Assembly (NCBI GenBank): GCA_965232485.1
Contig: OZ246975.1
Coordinates: 1,624,663 to 1,688,662 of the forward strand
Direction of reading: 5' to 3'
Source: Rhodothermales bacterium
Lineage (GTDB): Bacteria > Bacteroidota > Rhodothermia > Rhodothermales > VXPQ01
DNA: 64,000 nucleotides
Position 1 is the stretch's first letter; every line of letters begins with the position of its first letter. The position numbers and the translations under genes were made by a program. Below, in pieces: positions 9,772 to 21,703 of this stretch. The notes beneath the pieces are model-generated. The model did not search any database and was not told the origin of the DNA. It worked only from the letters and a program-made list of their open reading frames with translations.

Positions 9772-9845
9772 CTGTGCCGCCTGAAACTGTTTAACCGGGG
9801 TCAGGCGCTTCAAGCGTCCCGACTTCCGCCATGAAACGCTTGAAA

Positions 9846-10295
9846 TCAGCCTCCTGACGCAGCCCCAAGGGGCTCAGAATCCCCGATCCGGCCCGGCTCC
9901 TCGCCGGCAGTAAAGGAAAAGCCCTCGTCGGCCCAACCGGTTATGCCCCCGGTCATTTCCTTGACCGGGCGCTCCAGACGGGCCAGACGGAGCGCCGCAC
10001 GCTTCGCGCCGTTGCAATGCGGGCCGGCGCAGTACACGACAAAGAGGGTATCGTCGGACCACGCTTGCATTCTGTGCCTGGTAATTTTTCCATGAGGAAG
10101 GGAAAGCGCCCCGGGGACATGGCCTGCCCGGTACAGGCCGGGGCTGCGCACATCGAGCAATACAAAATCCGCCGCGCCGCGAGACAGCGCATCATGCACG
10201 TCCCGGCAATCCGTTTCCAGGGAAAAACTGTTGGCGAAGTATGCTTCGGCTTCCTGCGAGGATGCAGCAGGAACGGCGGTAACCTGATTGGGCAT
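9846..10295 (-). CDS. rhodanese-like domain protein
   Basis: LLDVRS, GHVPGA, VYCAGPHCNGA, GGITGW. Confidence 0.9.
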   Translation of the reverse strand: MPNQVTAVPAASSQEAEAYFANSFSLETDCRDVHDALSRGAADFVLLDVRSPGLYRAGHVPGALSLPHGKITRHRMQAWSDDTLFVVYCAGPHCNGAKRAALRLARLERPVKEMTGGITGWADEGFSFTAGEEPGRIGDSEPLGAASGG

Positions 10296-10380
10296 GGTAA
10301 TTTCCCCTGGCGTGTCAACTTCATGGGTCGATGGGGAACAAATTACAACCAGCGGAAGCGGAGCGTGGTTCCGCCCGGTA

Positions 10381-10710
10381 TCAACTGATCCGAAAACGCT
10401 CCAGCATGATATACCGCCTTCGTCGCAACGTGGCGGCCAGAAATGCGACCCAGCGGGCGTGGCGCAGCAAACCCGTTACGCCCATAGCCCCTATGGCCAG
10501 AAAAGCCCAATCGTTGTTCGGTATGAGGAAAAGAAGAAGGCCCGCAGGCAGCCACGTGACTATCCCGATCAGGACCGCGGAAAACCTGTCCCGGCCGGCC
10601 CATTTTTTGGCGGCGAACGCACTGACATTCAAGGCCATCCGCATTGCCGAGAACATGCCTGCGAACACATGGGCGTAATTGACCACGCCCAATCCATAGA
10701 CGAACATGCA
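10381..10710 (-). pseudogene. truncated third paralog of the DUF5687-like permease (C-terminal part only)
   Basis: FVYGLGVVNY...RMALN and RRRRYIMLERFRIS align with FLYVLGVVNY...RMNLN and QRRRYELLERFRGS of 4663..5457. Confidence 0.6.
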
Positions 10711-10813
10711 TCCTTCAGCGCCTCCCGGCCCGGTCGAATACGCCACTCTCCGGGATCCCGCCAAGCGCGGCATACATCGTTCTACCTGTGGCGCCATCCC
10801 CGCCCCACCTCAA

Positions 10814-13654
10814 TCAATTATCCGCCTCGACCGCCGCCTCCGGATACAACACGAATTTCGCGTACCGATCCTCGCGCAAGTACCGGTTCGCGGCTTCCTG
10901 CACCTGCTCTGCCGTCCACCCCTCGATCAGATCGTACGAGGGAATCAGTCGCAGATCGCGCCCTTGCTGATCCATGCCTTCCATCCGGCCAAGCCAGTAG
11001 CCGTTTTCGCGCAGGTTCGTCTCCTTTGCTCGCCGCTGCGATTCGCGCACCTTGTCGACGGTTTCCGCGTCGGGACCGTCGGTCTTTACCCGCTCGATCT
11101 CCTCAAAAACAACCGTGGCCAGTTCCTCGGCCCGCTCAGGCGCCGAACCAAAATTGATCGTGACGGAATACTCCTCGTCCGGCCAGTACGTCAGCGAACT
11201 TCCCACGCCCACGCCGTACGTTCCGCCCAGATCCTCCCGCAACAGTTCGCGGAGCCGGATCTCCAATACGCTGGCCAGCGCGCCAAGCGCGATCGATTCT
11301 TCGGGAGAATATGCCCCTTCGCCCGCAAAAACGATCTGCGTCCGGCTTTGCGGCTCCATCCCCTTGTACACCGCCTTTTCGATCACGCCGGACGGCGGAT
11401 CGACGCCCAGGTCGCGCCAGGTTTCCTCGCGGCCAAGGTTAGGCAACGCCCCAAGGTACTGCTCCACCAGCGGACGGATTCCTTCCAGATCGAATGCGCC
11501 CACGAAATAGAACGTGAAATCGCTCGCGTCCGCAAAGCGATCCCGATAAAAGTCGAACGCCCGATCCAGATCAATCTCCTCAAGAAGTTCCCGGGTAAAC
11601 GGTCTTGACGCCCGCGGATGCCCCTGCGTCATCGTAGCCCGGATCGTATCCGAGAACGCCACGTTGGGATTGGCCTCGCGGTTCGCCAGCACCCCGGCCA
11701 TGAGCGCCTTGTACGCCTCGAACGCCGTCTCGTCCTTGCGCGGCGCCGTGAAATACAAATAGGCCAGCTGGAACGCCGTTTCGAGGTCCTCGGGCGACGC
11801 AAACCCACTGACGCCCTCGCTCAGCGATCCCAACCCGGGAGAAACCCCCACCGCCTTGCCCGCCAGTTTCTTTTCCAGCGCCGTATCGTCGAACGCGCCC
11901 ACGCCGGAACGGGCCACGAACGTGGCGGCCCGGTTCGTGCTTACGTAATGTTCGTCGGACCCGAGAGACGACCCGCCCGGACTGGTGGCCGAAAACTGCA
12001 CTTCGTCGTCCTTGAAATCGGTGGGCTTGAGCAGCACGCGCACGCCATTCTCGAGGGTCCAGATCGTAATGCCCACCTCCTCCACCGTCTCCTCGGACGC
12101 CACCGGAGACCCCTCCGGCGTCGTCGGCAAAAGCGGCGCATCGACCACCGCGTCGTCGTAGGGTTCGACGTCCGCGGCGGCAACGGCCTCGAACAGCGCG
12201 GTTAACTCGTCCTCTCCAGGCGTCTCCAGGCCTTCCTTTTCGGGGCCGCTCGCCAGCACCACGCGCCCTTCTTCGGCCAGCCATTGTCCGGCGAATGCAT
12301 TCGTTTCCTCCAGCGTAATACCGGGCAACAGCGCCTCCGCCAGGCCCACTTCCGTTTCGATATCCGGATACGGATAGCCATGCAAAAAGACCTGCGCGTA
12401 TCCGCTGGCCAGCGCGCCCGATTCCTGATTTTCCCGCTCCGCAAGGCGCTGTTCGTAGCCCCGGAGCAAATCGGCTTTCTGACGCTCGAACTCGGTGGCC
12501 GCGAACCCGTGCCGCGCCACGCGCTCCGCCTCGGTAAGCAGCGCGCGCAGACCCGTCTCAATGCCGCCCTCCGAAACGATCGCAACAAGCTGATAAGCGT
12601 CAATAACCCGCACGAACCCGCCTTGCCCCGAAAGCGCAAACAAAAACGGCGGATCGGCCTGCTGGGTCAACTCCTGCAAGCGGGCGTTCAGCATTCCCGA
12701 ATACAGACTCTGAACGAGCGCCCGTCGAAAGTCCGCAACCGTTCCGTGCGAAGCGCGCGGCTGCTTGTACAATACGCCCGCCTGAGACATTTGCGCCTCC
12801 TCGTCCGTAGCGATCGCCACGAGCGGCGCGTGATCCACGGGCACGTCGGCAAACGTCCGGGGGCGGGGATCTTCCGGCCCGGCCAGATCCCCGAACGTAT
12901 CGCGTATCGCGGCCTCTATTGCGTCCCCGTCGAAATCCCCCACCGCCACCACGCCCATCAGGTCCGGTCGGTACCAGTCGCGATAAAACCGCCGCAGCGT
13001 TTCCGCCGGAGCATGCTCGATGATTTCCGGCTCTCCGATCGGCAGGCGCTCCGCATAGAGCGAGCCGTGCAACATGATCGGGAGCTGCTTGTCCTGCATC
13101 CGCGCCGTCGCGCCGCGCCGGAGCCGCCACTCCTCGATCACCACGCCCCTTTCCTTGTCCACCTCCTCGTCCTCGAAAAGCACGCCCCCGGCCCAGTCCT
13201 TGAGAATCCGGAACGCCGTCGCAAGGACTTCGGGGTCGTCCAGAGGCACTTGCAGCATATAGACCGTTTCGTCGAAACTCGTATAGGCGTTGATATCGGG
13301 GCCGAACTGCATGCCGATCGACTCCAGATAATCGACCAGTTCCTGTTTTTCGAAGCGCTCGGTGCCGTTAAACGCCATGTGCTCCACGAAATGGGCCAGC
13401 CCGAGCTGATCCTCCTCCTCGACGATGGAACCCGCATCCACGACCAGGCGCAACTCGGCGCGATTCTCCGGCCTGTCGTTCTCCTGCACGAAGTAACGCA
13501 GTCCATTGTCCAGCCGGCCGACCGTTACCGAGGAATCCGGGGGAATGGGGTCCTCCGGCGACCAGCTCTGCGCCGCCGCATCGATCCGGGGGATAAAAAA
13601 GGCAAGGCCGACGCACAAAGCGACCGCCGCCCGGGAACGCGCGAAATATTTCAT
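10814..13654 (-). CDS. M16 family zinc metallopeptidase (PqqL-like), secreted
   Basis: Signal peptide, GRLDNGL, inverted zinc motif [26 protein letters not shown]. Start at MKYFAR (13654). Confidence 0.92.
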   Translation of the reverse strand: MKYFARSRAAVALCVGLAFFIPRIDAAAQSWSPEDPIPPDSSVTVGRLDNGLRYFVQENDRPENRAELRLVVDAGSIVEEEDQLGLAHFVEHMAFNGTERFEKQELVDYLESIGMQFGPDINAYTSFDETVYMLQVPLDDPEVLATAFRILKDWAGGVLFEDEEVDKERGVVIEEWRLRRGATARMQDKQLPIMLHGSLYAERLPIGEPEIIEHAPAETLRRFYRDWYRPDLMGVVAVGDFDGDAIEAAIRDTFGDLAGPEDPRPRTFADVPVDHAPLVAIATDEEAQMSQAGVLYKQPRASHGTVADFRRALVQSLYSGMLNARLQELTQQADPPFLFALSGQGGFVRVIDAYQLVAIVSEGGIETGLRALLTEAERVARHGFAATEFERQKADLLRGYEQRLAERENQESGALASGYAQVFLHGYPYPDIETEVGLAEALLPGITLEETNAFAGQWLAEEGRVVLASGPEKEGLETPGEDELTALFEAVAAADVEPYDDAVVDAPLLPTTPEGSPVASEETVEEVGITIWTLENGVRVLLKPTDFKDDEVQFSATSPGGSSLGSDEHYVSTNRAATFVARSGVGAFDDTALEKKLAGKAVGVSPGLGSLSEGVSGFASPEDLETAFQLAYLYFTAPRKDETAFEAYKALMAGVLANREANPNVAFSDTIRATMTQGHPRASRPFTRELLEEIDLDRAFDFYRDRFADASDFTFYFVGAFDLEGIRPLVEQYLGALPNLGREETWRDLGVDPPSGVIEKAVYKGMEPQSRTQIVFAGEGAYSPEESIALGALASVLEIRLRELLREDLGGTYGVGVGSSLTYWPDEEYSVTINFGSAPERAEELATVVFEEIERVKTDGPDAETVDKVRESQRRAKETNLRENGYWLGRMEGMDQQGRDLRLIPSYDLIEGWTAEQVQEAANRYLREDRYAKFVLYPEAAVEADN

Positions 13655-13664
13655 GGTCAGCGCG

Positions 13665-14030
13665 CTATTCGGCCGCCGCGGGCGGATCGTTGCGAAAACT
13701 CTCGGCGGCGGCCGACGCCGAATCGTAGGCGGTAAACACCGGGCCAAGCAAACGGGTCATCATAAACAGATTGCGAATACGCTTCTCCATGTTGGCCAGG
13801 CGCACCTCGCCGCCCGCCTTGCGCATGGTCGTCAATCCGCCGATCAGCACGCCGATGCCCGAAGAATCCATGAACTCCGCTTCTCCGAGATCGATGACCA
13901 CGTTGACTTTACCGGCTTCCTTGAGTTGATCCAGAACATCTTTGAGTTCGGAGCCGTGCACGCTACCGAGAAATTTGCCCTTGATCCGGACAATGGACGC
14001 CTGGTACTGATCTTGAACGCTGATGCTCAT
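13665..14030 (-). CDS. STAS-domain anti-sigma factor antagonist
   Basis: [18 protein letters not shown] motif. Confidence 0.9.
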   Translation of the reverse strand: MSISVQDQYQASIVRIKGKFLGSVHGSELKDVLDQLKEAGKVNVVIDLGEAEFMDSSGIGVLIGGLTTMRKAGGEVRLANMEKRIRNLFMMTRLLGPVFTAYDSASAAAESFRNDPPAAAE

Positions 14031-14186
14031 GTCGAAAAGAGTTTTCGTGAGGCCCTTGCGTGGCGCAATGAGCGCAATGAAACAAAGCGATGCAATGCAT
14101 GGGACGGAATTTCCCGCCCGCCGCGCACATCTCTGCAGCCTGTGCGTATGTTATGGAGCGTAACTTACGCAAAACGGCAGACATTT

Positions 14187-16262
14187 ATGCAGCATATCGC
14201 ACAAACCGGTTCCGCATTTCGTTTAACGTCGCCCTTCCAGCCCACGGGCGATCAGCCTCGGGCCATCGACGAACTGACCGAAGGCTTGCTGCGCGGCGAT
14301 CCCTGCCAGGTCCTGCTGGGCGCCACGGGCACGGGGAAAACGTTCTCCATGGCCCATGTAATCCAGCGCGTCGGGCGGCCCACCCTGATCATGAGCCACA
14401 ACAAAACGCTCGCCGCGCAATTGTACGCCGAACTCAAATCCTTTTTCCCGGAAAACGCCGTCGAATTTTTCATCTCCTATTACGATTACTACCAGCCCGA
14501 AGCCTACATCGTACCGACGGATACGTACATCGAAAAAGACATGTCGATCAACGACCGGATCGACCGCCTGCGCCTGCGCGCCACCAGTTCGCTCGTTTCA
14601 GGGCGAAGCGACGTTATCGTCGTGGCCAGCGTGTCCTGCATCTACGGCCTCGGCTCGCCCGACGAATACCGCGCGGAAATCGTACAGGTCAAGCAGGGAG
14701 CGGATGTGCCCCGCAACGAACTCCTGCGCCGCCTCGTCCATATCTACTATGCCCGCAACGACGTCGAATTTTCGCCGGGCGTCTTCCGGGTGCGGGGCGA
14801 CGTGGTGGAAATCTGGCCGGCGTATTCGGAAGAGACCGCCTGCCGGATCGAGTTCTGGGGAGACGAAGTGGAAAAAATCACCTGGTTCGAAGCCCGCACC
14901 GGGCTAACGCTTCGGGAAGAAAGCTACCTGACCATCTATCCGGCCAAAATCTTCGTCACCCCGAAGGACAAAATGGAGGGGATCATCGCCGGGGTCGAAG
15001 ACGAATTGCGATGGCGCCTGGCCGTGCTGCGCGAGGAGGGACAACTCCTTGAAGCGCAGCGCCTCGAACAACGCACCCGGTTCGATATCGAAATGATGAA
15101 AGAAGTCGGATACTGTTCCGGCGTCGAAAACTACTCGCGGCACCTGTCGGGACGCGAGCCGGGCCAACGCCCGTACTGCCTGTTCGACTATTTCCCCGAC
15201 GACATGCTCCTCGTCATCGACGAAAGCCATGTGACCATCCCCCAGGTGCGGGCCATGTACAATGGAGATCGCGCCCGCAAACTCGTGCTGGTGGAACACG
15301 GCTTCCGGCTGCCTTCCGCCCTGGACAACCGACCCATGACGTTCGAGGAATTCGAGGCGGAAAGTCCGCAGGTCATTTACGTCAGCGCAACGCCAAGCGA
15401 TTATGAACTGGAGAAAGCCGGCGGCGTATTCGTGGAGCAAATCATCCGGCCCACCGGCATCCCCGACCCGGAAGTAGACGTGCGCCCCTCGGAGAACCAG
15501 ATCGACGACCTGCTCGAAGAAATTCGCAAGCGAACGCAACAGCAGGAGCGAACGCTCGTGACCACCCTCACGAAGCGCATGGCCGAGGACCTCAGCGATT
15601 ATCTGGCCTCGTATGGGGTGGCCGTGCGCTACATGCATTCGGACATCGATGCGCTGGAGCGCGTGGAGATTCTGCGCGATCTGCGCCTTGGCGTATTCGA
15701 CGTGCTGGTGGGCGTCAACCTCCTCCGGGAGGGACTCGACCTGCCGGAAGTTTCGCTCGTGGCTATCATAGATGCGGACAAAGAGGGATTCCTGCGCAGC
15801 GAACGCTCCCTGATCCAGACCGCAGGGCGCGCGGCCCGCAACGCGAACGGCGCCATTGTGATGTACGCCGACGCAATCACGGGCTCCATGCAAAAGATGA
15901 TGGACGAAACCGGGCGTCGCCGCAAAATCCAGCTCGCCTGGAACGAGGAGCGCCGGATCACGCCGGAAACCATTTACAAATCGCGCGACGAGATTCGCAA
16001 GGGAACGATCATCGCCGAAGAACGGGCAACCTACGAAGTGCAACCAAAGAGCTACTATAGCGGCCCGGAACAGGCCGGGGGCGTCGTAGACCCGGTCATG
16101 AAACATCTCACCGACGATCAGAAACGCGATCTGACGAACCAGATGCGCAAGGAGATGCGACAGGCCGCCGAGGCGCTGGACTTCGAAAAGGCCGCGCGGC
16201 TACGCGACGAAATCGAACAGATCGAAACCCTGCTGAAGGATAAAGAACCCGCCGCCCGGTGA
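14187..16262 (+). CDS. uvrB: excinuclease ABC subunit B
   Basis: [48 protein letters not shown]-terminal UVR domain. Confidence 0.98.
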   Translation: MQHIAQTGSAFRLTSPFQPTGDQPRAIDELTEGLLRGDPCQVLLGATGTGKTFSMAHVIQRVGRPTLIMSHNKTLAAQLYAELKSFFPENAVEFFISYYDYYQPEAYIVPTDTYIEKDMSINDRIDRLRLRATSSLVSGRSDVIVVASVSCIYGLGSPDEYRAEIVQVKQGADVPRNELLRRLVHIYYARNDVEFSPGVFRVRGDVVEIWPAYSEETACRIEFWGDEVEKITWFEARTGLTLREESYLTIYPAKIFVTPKDKMEGIIAGVEDELRWRLAVLREEGQLLEAQRLEQRTRFDIEMMKEVGYCSGVENYSRHLSGREPGQRPYCLFDYFPDDMLLVIDESHVTIPQVRAMYNGDRARKLVLVEHGFRLPSALDNRPMTFEEFEAESPQVIYVSATPSDYELEKAGGVFVEQIIRPTGIPDPEVDVRPSENQIDDLLEEIRKRTQQQERTLVTTLTKRMAEDLSDYLASYGVAVRYMHSDIDALERVEILRDLRLGVFDVLVGVNLLREGLDLPEVSLVAIIDADKEGFLRSERSLIQTAGRAARNANGAIVMYADAITGSMQKMMDETGRRRKIQLAWNEERRITPETIYKSRDEIRKGTIIAEERATYEVQPKSYYSGPEQAGGVVDPVMKHLTDDQKRDLTNQMRKEMRQAAEALDFEKAARLRDEIEQIETLLKDKEPAAR

Positions 16263-16397
16263 CGCAACGAACCCGGCAGGGGCCCGCCCGCGGAACCGGC
16301 CTGTCCCTTGCGCGTTGACGGTCCGCTGTTTTTTCGGTCAGGATCGATCCCGACGTCTGACGGGCACGGCCTTTACAAGATTTTCCCGGCGCTTGCA

Positions 16398-16631
16398 ATG
16401 AAAAAAAATATCCACCCGACGTACAAGAAACTTACGGTCCAGCTGGCCAACGGCGACACCTTCGAAACGCGCTCGACCATGGCGACCGACCTGCACAAAT
16501 CGGAGGTCGATTCGACGAACCATCCCTTCTACACGGGCCGCCGGCAATACGTGGACACCGCAGGACGCGTCGAAAAATTCCGGCGACGCTATGGCGTCAA
16601 GGCGGATTCCGAAGAGAACGAAAACGCCTGA
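16398..16631 (+). CDS. rpmE: 50S ribosomal protein L31 (cysteine-free type)
   Basis: MKKNIHPTY...HPFYTG...DTAGRVEKFRRRY. Confidence 0.95.
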   Translation: MKKNIHPTYKKLTVQLANGDTFETRSTMATDLHKSEVDSTNHPFYTGRRQYVDTAGRVEKFRRRYGVKADSEENENA

Positions 16632-16924
16632 GCGTCCGGCGCGCGGATGCGCCCCCTCGCGGCTTCCTTGTTGCGCCCGCCGACCAAGCCTTCCCGGCTT
16701 GCTTTCCGTTATTTGTTATTCCGTCGCGCGCGCAGGGCGATAGCCGCAACGCAAAAGGCGCCGCAGCCGGTCCCGCCTGACCAAAGGATCCGCATCTCCC
16801 GTCCATGCGGCGGCTTTCCGCGCGGACCCATGCGCGCGGGAGCCTCTGCAGCGCCTATCTGCCTCCCGGCGAATCCTTCCGACACGCTTTGCGTACACAT
16901 ATCCTTGACGAATTCGTATATTTC

Positions 16925-16963
16925 AGGATACTCTGATCTTCGCAGACTTGATCAGAGTATCCT
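16925..16963. repeat. minimal palindromic derivative of the MITE (two terminal repeats joined)
   Basis: aggatactctgatc-ttcgcagactt-gatcagagtatcct, a 14-bp perfect stem related to aggaagctctgatt. Confidence 0.7.
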
Positions 16964-17003
16964 TTAGCGATCGCCTGCACCAATAAGCACAACCCTGCGC
17001 GTC

Positions 17004-17765
17004 ATGTCTGTCTGGTCCCGATTCACCCGTTTCCTCAAATCGCTTTTCGGGGGAATCGTTTCGGCGATGGAAGACCCCCGTCTCATCCTGGAGCAAAATA
17101 TCCGGGAATTGAACGATCAGGTGCCGAAAATGAACGAAAACATCGCCAGCGTCAAGGCGAACGTCATCTTGCTGCAAAAGCACCTGAAGCGGGCGGAAAA
17201 CGAAGTCGCCGGGCTGGTGGCCAAGGTAAAAGCCGGCATCCAGGCGGGGCGCGACGACATCGCGCAGCGCTATGCGTTGCAACTTGAAAAAGCGAGGGAG
17301 TCCGCCGCCGGCGCCCGGGAACAACTCACGCACGCCTCGGCGGCCTACGAAAAGGCGATCCAGGTCAAAAAAGCCTTCATGCGAGAGAAAGATCGGAAGA
17401 TCGAAGAAGCCAAGCATGCCTTGCGGGAACACGAGCGGGCGAAATGGCAGTCGAAAGTCGCCGATACGATGGAGCAATTCGAGGTGACGGGCATCGACCA
17501 GACCCACGACGAAATGCTCGCGCGCCTGAACGAACAAACGGCCCATAGCGAAGCCCGACTGGAAATGGCGCTTGATTCCGTGGACCAGGATGCGCTTCGG
17601 ATCGAAGAGGACGCCGAAGAAATTCGCGCCGCGGAAATCGTCAAGCAACTCAAGGCGGAAATGGGCGTCGCGGAATCCGCCGGAGACAGCGCCTCGGAAA
17701 CGCCCGACCGGGAAGCGGCGGAAGGAGCAAAAACCATTGGGAAACAACGCACCGGCGCAGCGTAG
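17004..17765 (+). CDS. pspA: PspA/IM30 family protein
   Basis: MSVWSRFTRFLKS...EDPRLILEQNIRE, long coiled coil. Confidence 0.85.
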   Translation: MSVWSRFTRFLKSLFGGIVSAMEDPRLILEQNIRELNDQVPKMNENIASVKANVILLQKHLKRAENEVAGLVAKVKAGIQAGRDDIAQRYALQLEKARESAAGAREQLTHASAAYEKAIQVKKAFMREKDRKIEEAKHALREHERAKWQSKVADTMEQFEVTGIDQTHDEMLARLNEQTAHSEARLEMALDSVDQDALRIEEDAEEIRAAEIVKQLKAEMGVAESAGDSASETPDREAAEGAKTIGKQRTGAA

Positions 17766-17840
17766 GCCATCGGGCCGCCGCCATGCGCGGATCGCATGCG
17801 GAACCTTGCCTTGCCGCGGGCAGAGATTGCAGGAAATGAC

Positions 17841-18701
17841 GTGAATAATCCGGAAATCAATTACACGAAAGAGGCTTTCCTGCATCCGGTCAATCTCGGA
17901 TTCCTGATCGCCGCCATGCTCACGGCGTTTGTCCTGAGCGATACGGGGGCAGCCGAGATCGTCCTGCTGATGAGTTTTGCGGCGGAACTCATATACCTGG
18001 GCGTCATGCCCCGCAACAAGCGATTTCGCCGCAGCGTCCGGGCCCGCCGCGCCGCCGAGCACGCCAAACCGCCGTCCACCAAGGAAATGTTTCGCCTGCT
18101 GACCAAATCCAGTCAGCGGCGATACGTACGGCTTCGGAAACTCGAAAAAGAGATTTCCATCCATTACCGCAAGCTAAGCTACGCAACCCAGGGCTTGCTG
18201 GAAAGCCATCTCAAGAAGATCGACGGGCTGCTGAATTCCTACCTGAACATGCTGTATCAAAAGCAGCGATACGAACTTTCGACGCACAGCAGCCGGGAAC
18301 GGGAAGTAGTCCAGTCCATCGCGGACCTTCGCACCGACATGCTGGACGATTCGGAAAAGGTGCGGGCCATCAAGAAACGCCGCCTCCGGGTGCTCGAACA
18401 GCGCTTGCAGCGTTTCAAGAAAGGCGTCGAACAGCTGGAAGTGCTCGATGCGCAAATCGAAACCATTGAAGACGTCGTCAAATACATTCACGAGCAATCC
18501 CTGACGCTCCGCAATCCGGAAGAGATCACGTTCCAGCTTGATACGCTTCTGCAGGAAGTAGGCGAAACGGAGGCCGCCATCTCGGAAATTGAGGACATCT
18601 TCGCGCCGACCGCGAACCTTCTGGACGATATGGCCAGCTTCCAGCAGGAAGAGGAGGCTGGCGACGCGCTCCGTTCCGGCGTCTCGCGCACAAGAATCTG
18701 A
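17841..18701 (+). CDS. membrane-anchored coiled-coil hypothetical protein (PspA-associated)
   Basis: Two N-terminal TM helices followed by a coiled coil; probable GTG start at 17841. Confidence 0.7.
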   Translation: MNNPEINYTKEAFLHPVNLGFLIAAMLTAFVLSDTGAAEIVLLMSFAAELIYLGVMPRNKRFRRSVRARRAAEHAKPPSTKEMFRLLTKSSQRRYVRLRKLEKEISIHYRKLSYATQGLLESHLKKIDGLLNSYLNMLYQKQRYELSTHSSREREVVQSIADLRTDMLDDSEKVRAIKKRRLRVLEQRLQRFKKGVEQLEVLDAQIETIEDVVKYIHEQSLTLRNPEEITFQLDTLLQEVGETEAAISEIEDIFAPTANLLDDMASFQQEEEAGDALRSGVSRTRI

Positions 18702-18706
18702 CGCGA

Positions 18707-19978
18707 ATGACGTTCGCGATCGCGATCATTTTTCTAATGCTCGCCCTGAGCGCGTTCTTCTCGGGTTCCGAGATCGCTTTCGTGGTTGCGAACCGGTTGC
18801 GCGTGGAGGTGCTTTCCCGCCGCCGCGGCGTCGCAGGCCGCATCGTGCGCGACTTCATCCAGAACCCCTCCGCATTCCTGACCACCACGCTGGTCGGCAA
18901 CAACATTTCGCTCATCGTCTTTTCCACGCTCACGGCGTTCTATCTGGACGAACCGCTCCATAGCCTCTGGAACAATGCAGAACTGGGCAGTTCGGGCGTC
19001 GAAGTGGCCGTATTGGTTACGCAAACGCTGGCGGCCAGCGCCCTCGTGCTCATATTCGGCGAGATTCTCCCGAAATCCATCATGCGGGAGGCCGCAAACC
19101 GGGCTGTTTTCCTGCTCGCCATCCCCCTGCGCATCTCGTATTACCTGCTGCTTCCGCTCGTCAAAACGGCAGCCGGAGCTGCTACGCTGCTCATGCGCCT
19201 GTTCCGCGTGGAAACCGATACGTTCGTCGGGTTCATGCGCCGCGACTTCGAAGCCATCATCCAGGAAAGCCGGGAAAGCGGCGAACTCGATCTCGACGAA
19301 GAAGAGACCGAGATGCTTTCGAACGTTTTCGCCATGGACGCCATCCGCGTGAAGGAGTCGATGGCGCCGCGCACAGAAATAGAAGCCGTCGAAGAGCATA
19401 CTCCGGTCGATGCATTGCTGCACCGCTTCATTGACACGGGACATTCCAAATTGCCCGTCTACCAGAACAATATCGACCATATCGTGGGGATGGTCTTTGC
19501 GTACGACCTGTTCCGCGAGCCCAAAACCATACAGGAGATCATGCGCCCGGTGCAATTTGTCCCGGCGGCCAAGCGGTCAAAAGATTTGCTGCGGGAATTT
19601 CTCGAAACCAACACGTCCGTGGCCATCGTAATCGACGAATACGGCGGCACGGCGGGCCTGGTGACGCGCGAGGATTTGCTTGAGGAGCTTTTCGGCGACA
19701 TCCAGGACGAATTCGACAGCGAGCAGGAAATCCTCCGGCAAGTTGGCGAAAACCGGTACATCGCTGCGGGAAGGGCGGAAATCGACGAATTGGCGGATCG
19801 ATTCGGCGTCGCGCTGCCCGAAGGAGACTACGAAACGCTTGCGGGCTATTTGCTGGACCGGATCGGCTCCATTCCCGCGACGGAAGAGCATTTCGCCTTC
19901 GACGGCTACCGGTTCGACATCCTGAAAGCCGAAGCCAACCGGATCGAACGGGTCCGCCTCTCGAAACTCGACGCCTGA
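18707..19978 (+). CDS. hemolysin family / CNNM-CBS-CorC domain protein
   Basis: SAFFSGSEIAF, LVGNN, FGEILPK, GHSKLPVY, IDEYGGTAGLVTREDLLEELFGDIQDE. Confidence 0.92.
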   Translation: MTFAIAIIFLMLALSAFFSGSEIAFVVANRLRVEVLSRRRGVAGRIVRDFIQNPSAFLTTTLVGNNISLIVFSTLTAFYLDEPLHSLWNNAELGSSGVEVAVLVTQTLAASALVLIFGEILPKSIMREAANRAVFLLAIPLRISYYLLLPLVKTAAGAATLLMRLFRVETDTFVGFMRRDFEAIIQESRESGELDLDEEETEMLSNVFAMDAIRVKESMAPRTEIEAVEEHTPVDALLHRFIDTGHSKLPVYQNNIDHIVGMVFAYDLFREPKTIQEIMRPVQFVPAAKRSKDLLREFLETNTSVAIVIDEYGGTAGLVTREDLLEELFGDIQDEFDSEQEILRQVGENRYIAAGRAEIDELADRFGVALPEGDYETLAGYLLDRIGSIPATEEHFAFDGYRFDILKAEANRIERVRLSKLDA

Positions 19979-20019
19979 CGAAACGCGTTGCGCAACGAAC
20001 GCACAACCGGCGCAGCGGA

Positions 20020-20595
20020 CTACGGATTCGCCGCCTCGTCCCCCGCCTTGCTTCGCTCCGACAACGCAGCGCTCCGGCAATACGCCGCCACCACCCGGAG
20101 ATGTGCGCCGAGCGCCCGCGCAAGGTCCATTTTGCGCAGCCTTTCGGACGGCGTGTCGGGCAATTTGGGCGGACTGACGCGGCCCATCCAGAATTCCATC
20201 CCGTTGACCAATGCCTCCTCCCCGGGGAACGCGGCCTCGGCGAATTGCGCTTCGTAGAACTGCTGTTTGCGCCGCAATCGGCTATCCACCGCTTCCACCG
20301 TCGCCGAATCGGCCAAAGACGGATCGTTGCGGCCAAGCATCTCAAGGCCCGTAAGATAGCGCCGGTACGCGTACGGCAACGACGTCAGGGCAGGCTCTGC
20401 TGCGGCTGCGCCCTCCGGCCATTCCCGAAGCCCGGCCTGCGCCGCCCGCCACGTAACGACCGACGCGAGGCACAGCGTTTCCTCCGCCACGAGATCGGGA
20501 TCGGCGCCCGCTATATCCCGGAGAATGGCGCCTGCCAGCTCCTGCGTTACGTTCAGCGCCCCCAGCGAGCAAAAAGCCACCGTACGGCTAATCAT
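20020..20595 (-). CDS. hypothetical protein
   Basis: 191-aa ORF with host-like codon usage, downstream of floA. Confidence 0.65.
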   Translation of the reverse strand: MISRTVAFCSLGALNVTQELAGAILRDIAGADPDLVAEETLCLASVVTWRAAQAGLREWPEGAAAAEPALTSLPYAYRRYLTGLEMLGRNDPSLADSATVEAVDSRLRRKQQFYEAQFAEAAFPGEEALVNGMEFWMGRVSPPKLPDTPSERLRKMDLARALGAHLRVVAAYCRSAALSERSKAGDEAANP

Positions 20596-20637
20596 AACGG
20601 GTAATCATCGCGTCGATCCCTTGAGGTCGCAGGGCGC

Positions 20638-21627
20638 CTATTCCTTCTTGTCGGCGACATCTTCTCGCCCGATGGAATCCCGCATCCGCGTGTCCGCCTC
20701 GACATTCCGCAGCGCGTAGAAATCCATGGCGCCGATGTTGCCGCTGCGCAGCGCGTCCGCCAGCGCCTTGGGCACCTCCGCTTCGGCGGAAACCACCTTG
20801 GCGCGCTGTTCCTGTACGGCGGCGATCATTTCCTGCTCCCGGGCCACCGCCGAGGCGCGCCGTTCTTCGGCTTTCGCGCGGGCCACTTGCAGATCGGCTT
20901 CCGCCTGATCGGTCTGCAACTTGGCCCCGATATTCTCGCCCACGTCCACGTCGGCGATATCGATGGAAAGAATTTCGAACGCCGTCCCGGAATCAAGCCC
21001 CTTGGACAACACCACCTTGGAAATCGAGTCGGGATTCTCCAGAACCAGCGCATGCGTTTCGGAGGAACCGATCGTGGACACGATCCCTTCGCCGACGCGG
21101 GCAATGATGGTTTCTTCGCCGGCCCCGCCCACCAGGCGCTCAATATTGGCCCGCACCGTCACGCGGGCAATCGCGCGCACCTGAATGCCGTCCTTGGCCA
21201 CGGCGGACACAGCGGGCGTTTCGATCACTTTGGGGTTCACGGATACCTGCACGGCCTCGAACACGTCCCGTCCCGCGAGATCAATGGCCGTAGCGCGCTC
21301 AAAGGTAAGATCAATGCTGGCCTTGTCCGCCGAAATGAGCGCATTCACGACTTTCTGAACATTCCCCTGCGCCAGGTAATGCGCTTCGAGTTGCGGGGTA
21401 TCCACGTAGATGCCCGCCTTGTGCGCGGTGATGAGCGGCTTGACGATCCGGACGGGCGGCACCTTCCGCAGCCGCATCCCGACCAGGTCGCGGAACAGTT
21501 TGAGCCGGACCCCCGAGAAGTAGGCCGTTACCCACAGGCCCACCGGCACGAAGTACAGCATAAGAACGAAAAAAAGAACGATCAGCGCGATAACCAGCAA
21601 GCCGAGCGTGGTAAAAAGGCTTTCCAT
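20638..21627 (-). CDS. floA: flotillin-like protein FloA (YqfA family)
   Basis: [50 protein letters not shown]. Confidence 0.93.
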   Translation of the reverse strand: MESLFTTLGLLVIALIVLFFVLMLYFVPVGLWVTAYFSGVRLKLFRDLVGMRLRKVPPVRIVKPLITAHKAGIYVDTPQLEAHYLAQGNVQKVVNALISADKASIDLTFERATAIDLAGRDVFEAVQVSVNPKVIETPAVSAVAKDGIQVRAIARVTVRANIERLVGGAGEETIIARVGEGIVSTIGSSETHALVLENPDSISKVVLSKGLDSGTAFEILSIDIADVDVGENIGAKLQTDQAEADLQVARAKAEERRASAVAREQEMIAAVQEQRAKVVSAEAEVPKALADALRSGNIGAMDFYALRNVEADTRMRDSIGREDVADKKE

Positions 21628-21703
21628 GTGAAGGGCGGAATCTCGTGAAAAATTAAAGACGGCAAAGGGCCGCAGGAAAGTATACGACAAAATCGCCGGA
21701 TGG

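Noticed and set aside
13506-14186. Apparent 227-aa N-terminal extension of UvrB
   Set aside because: It is the antisense shadow of the STAS and M16 genes; UvrB homology begins at 14187.
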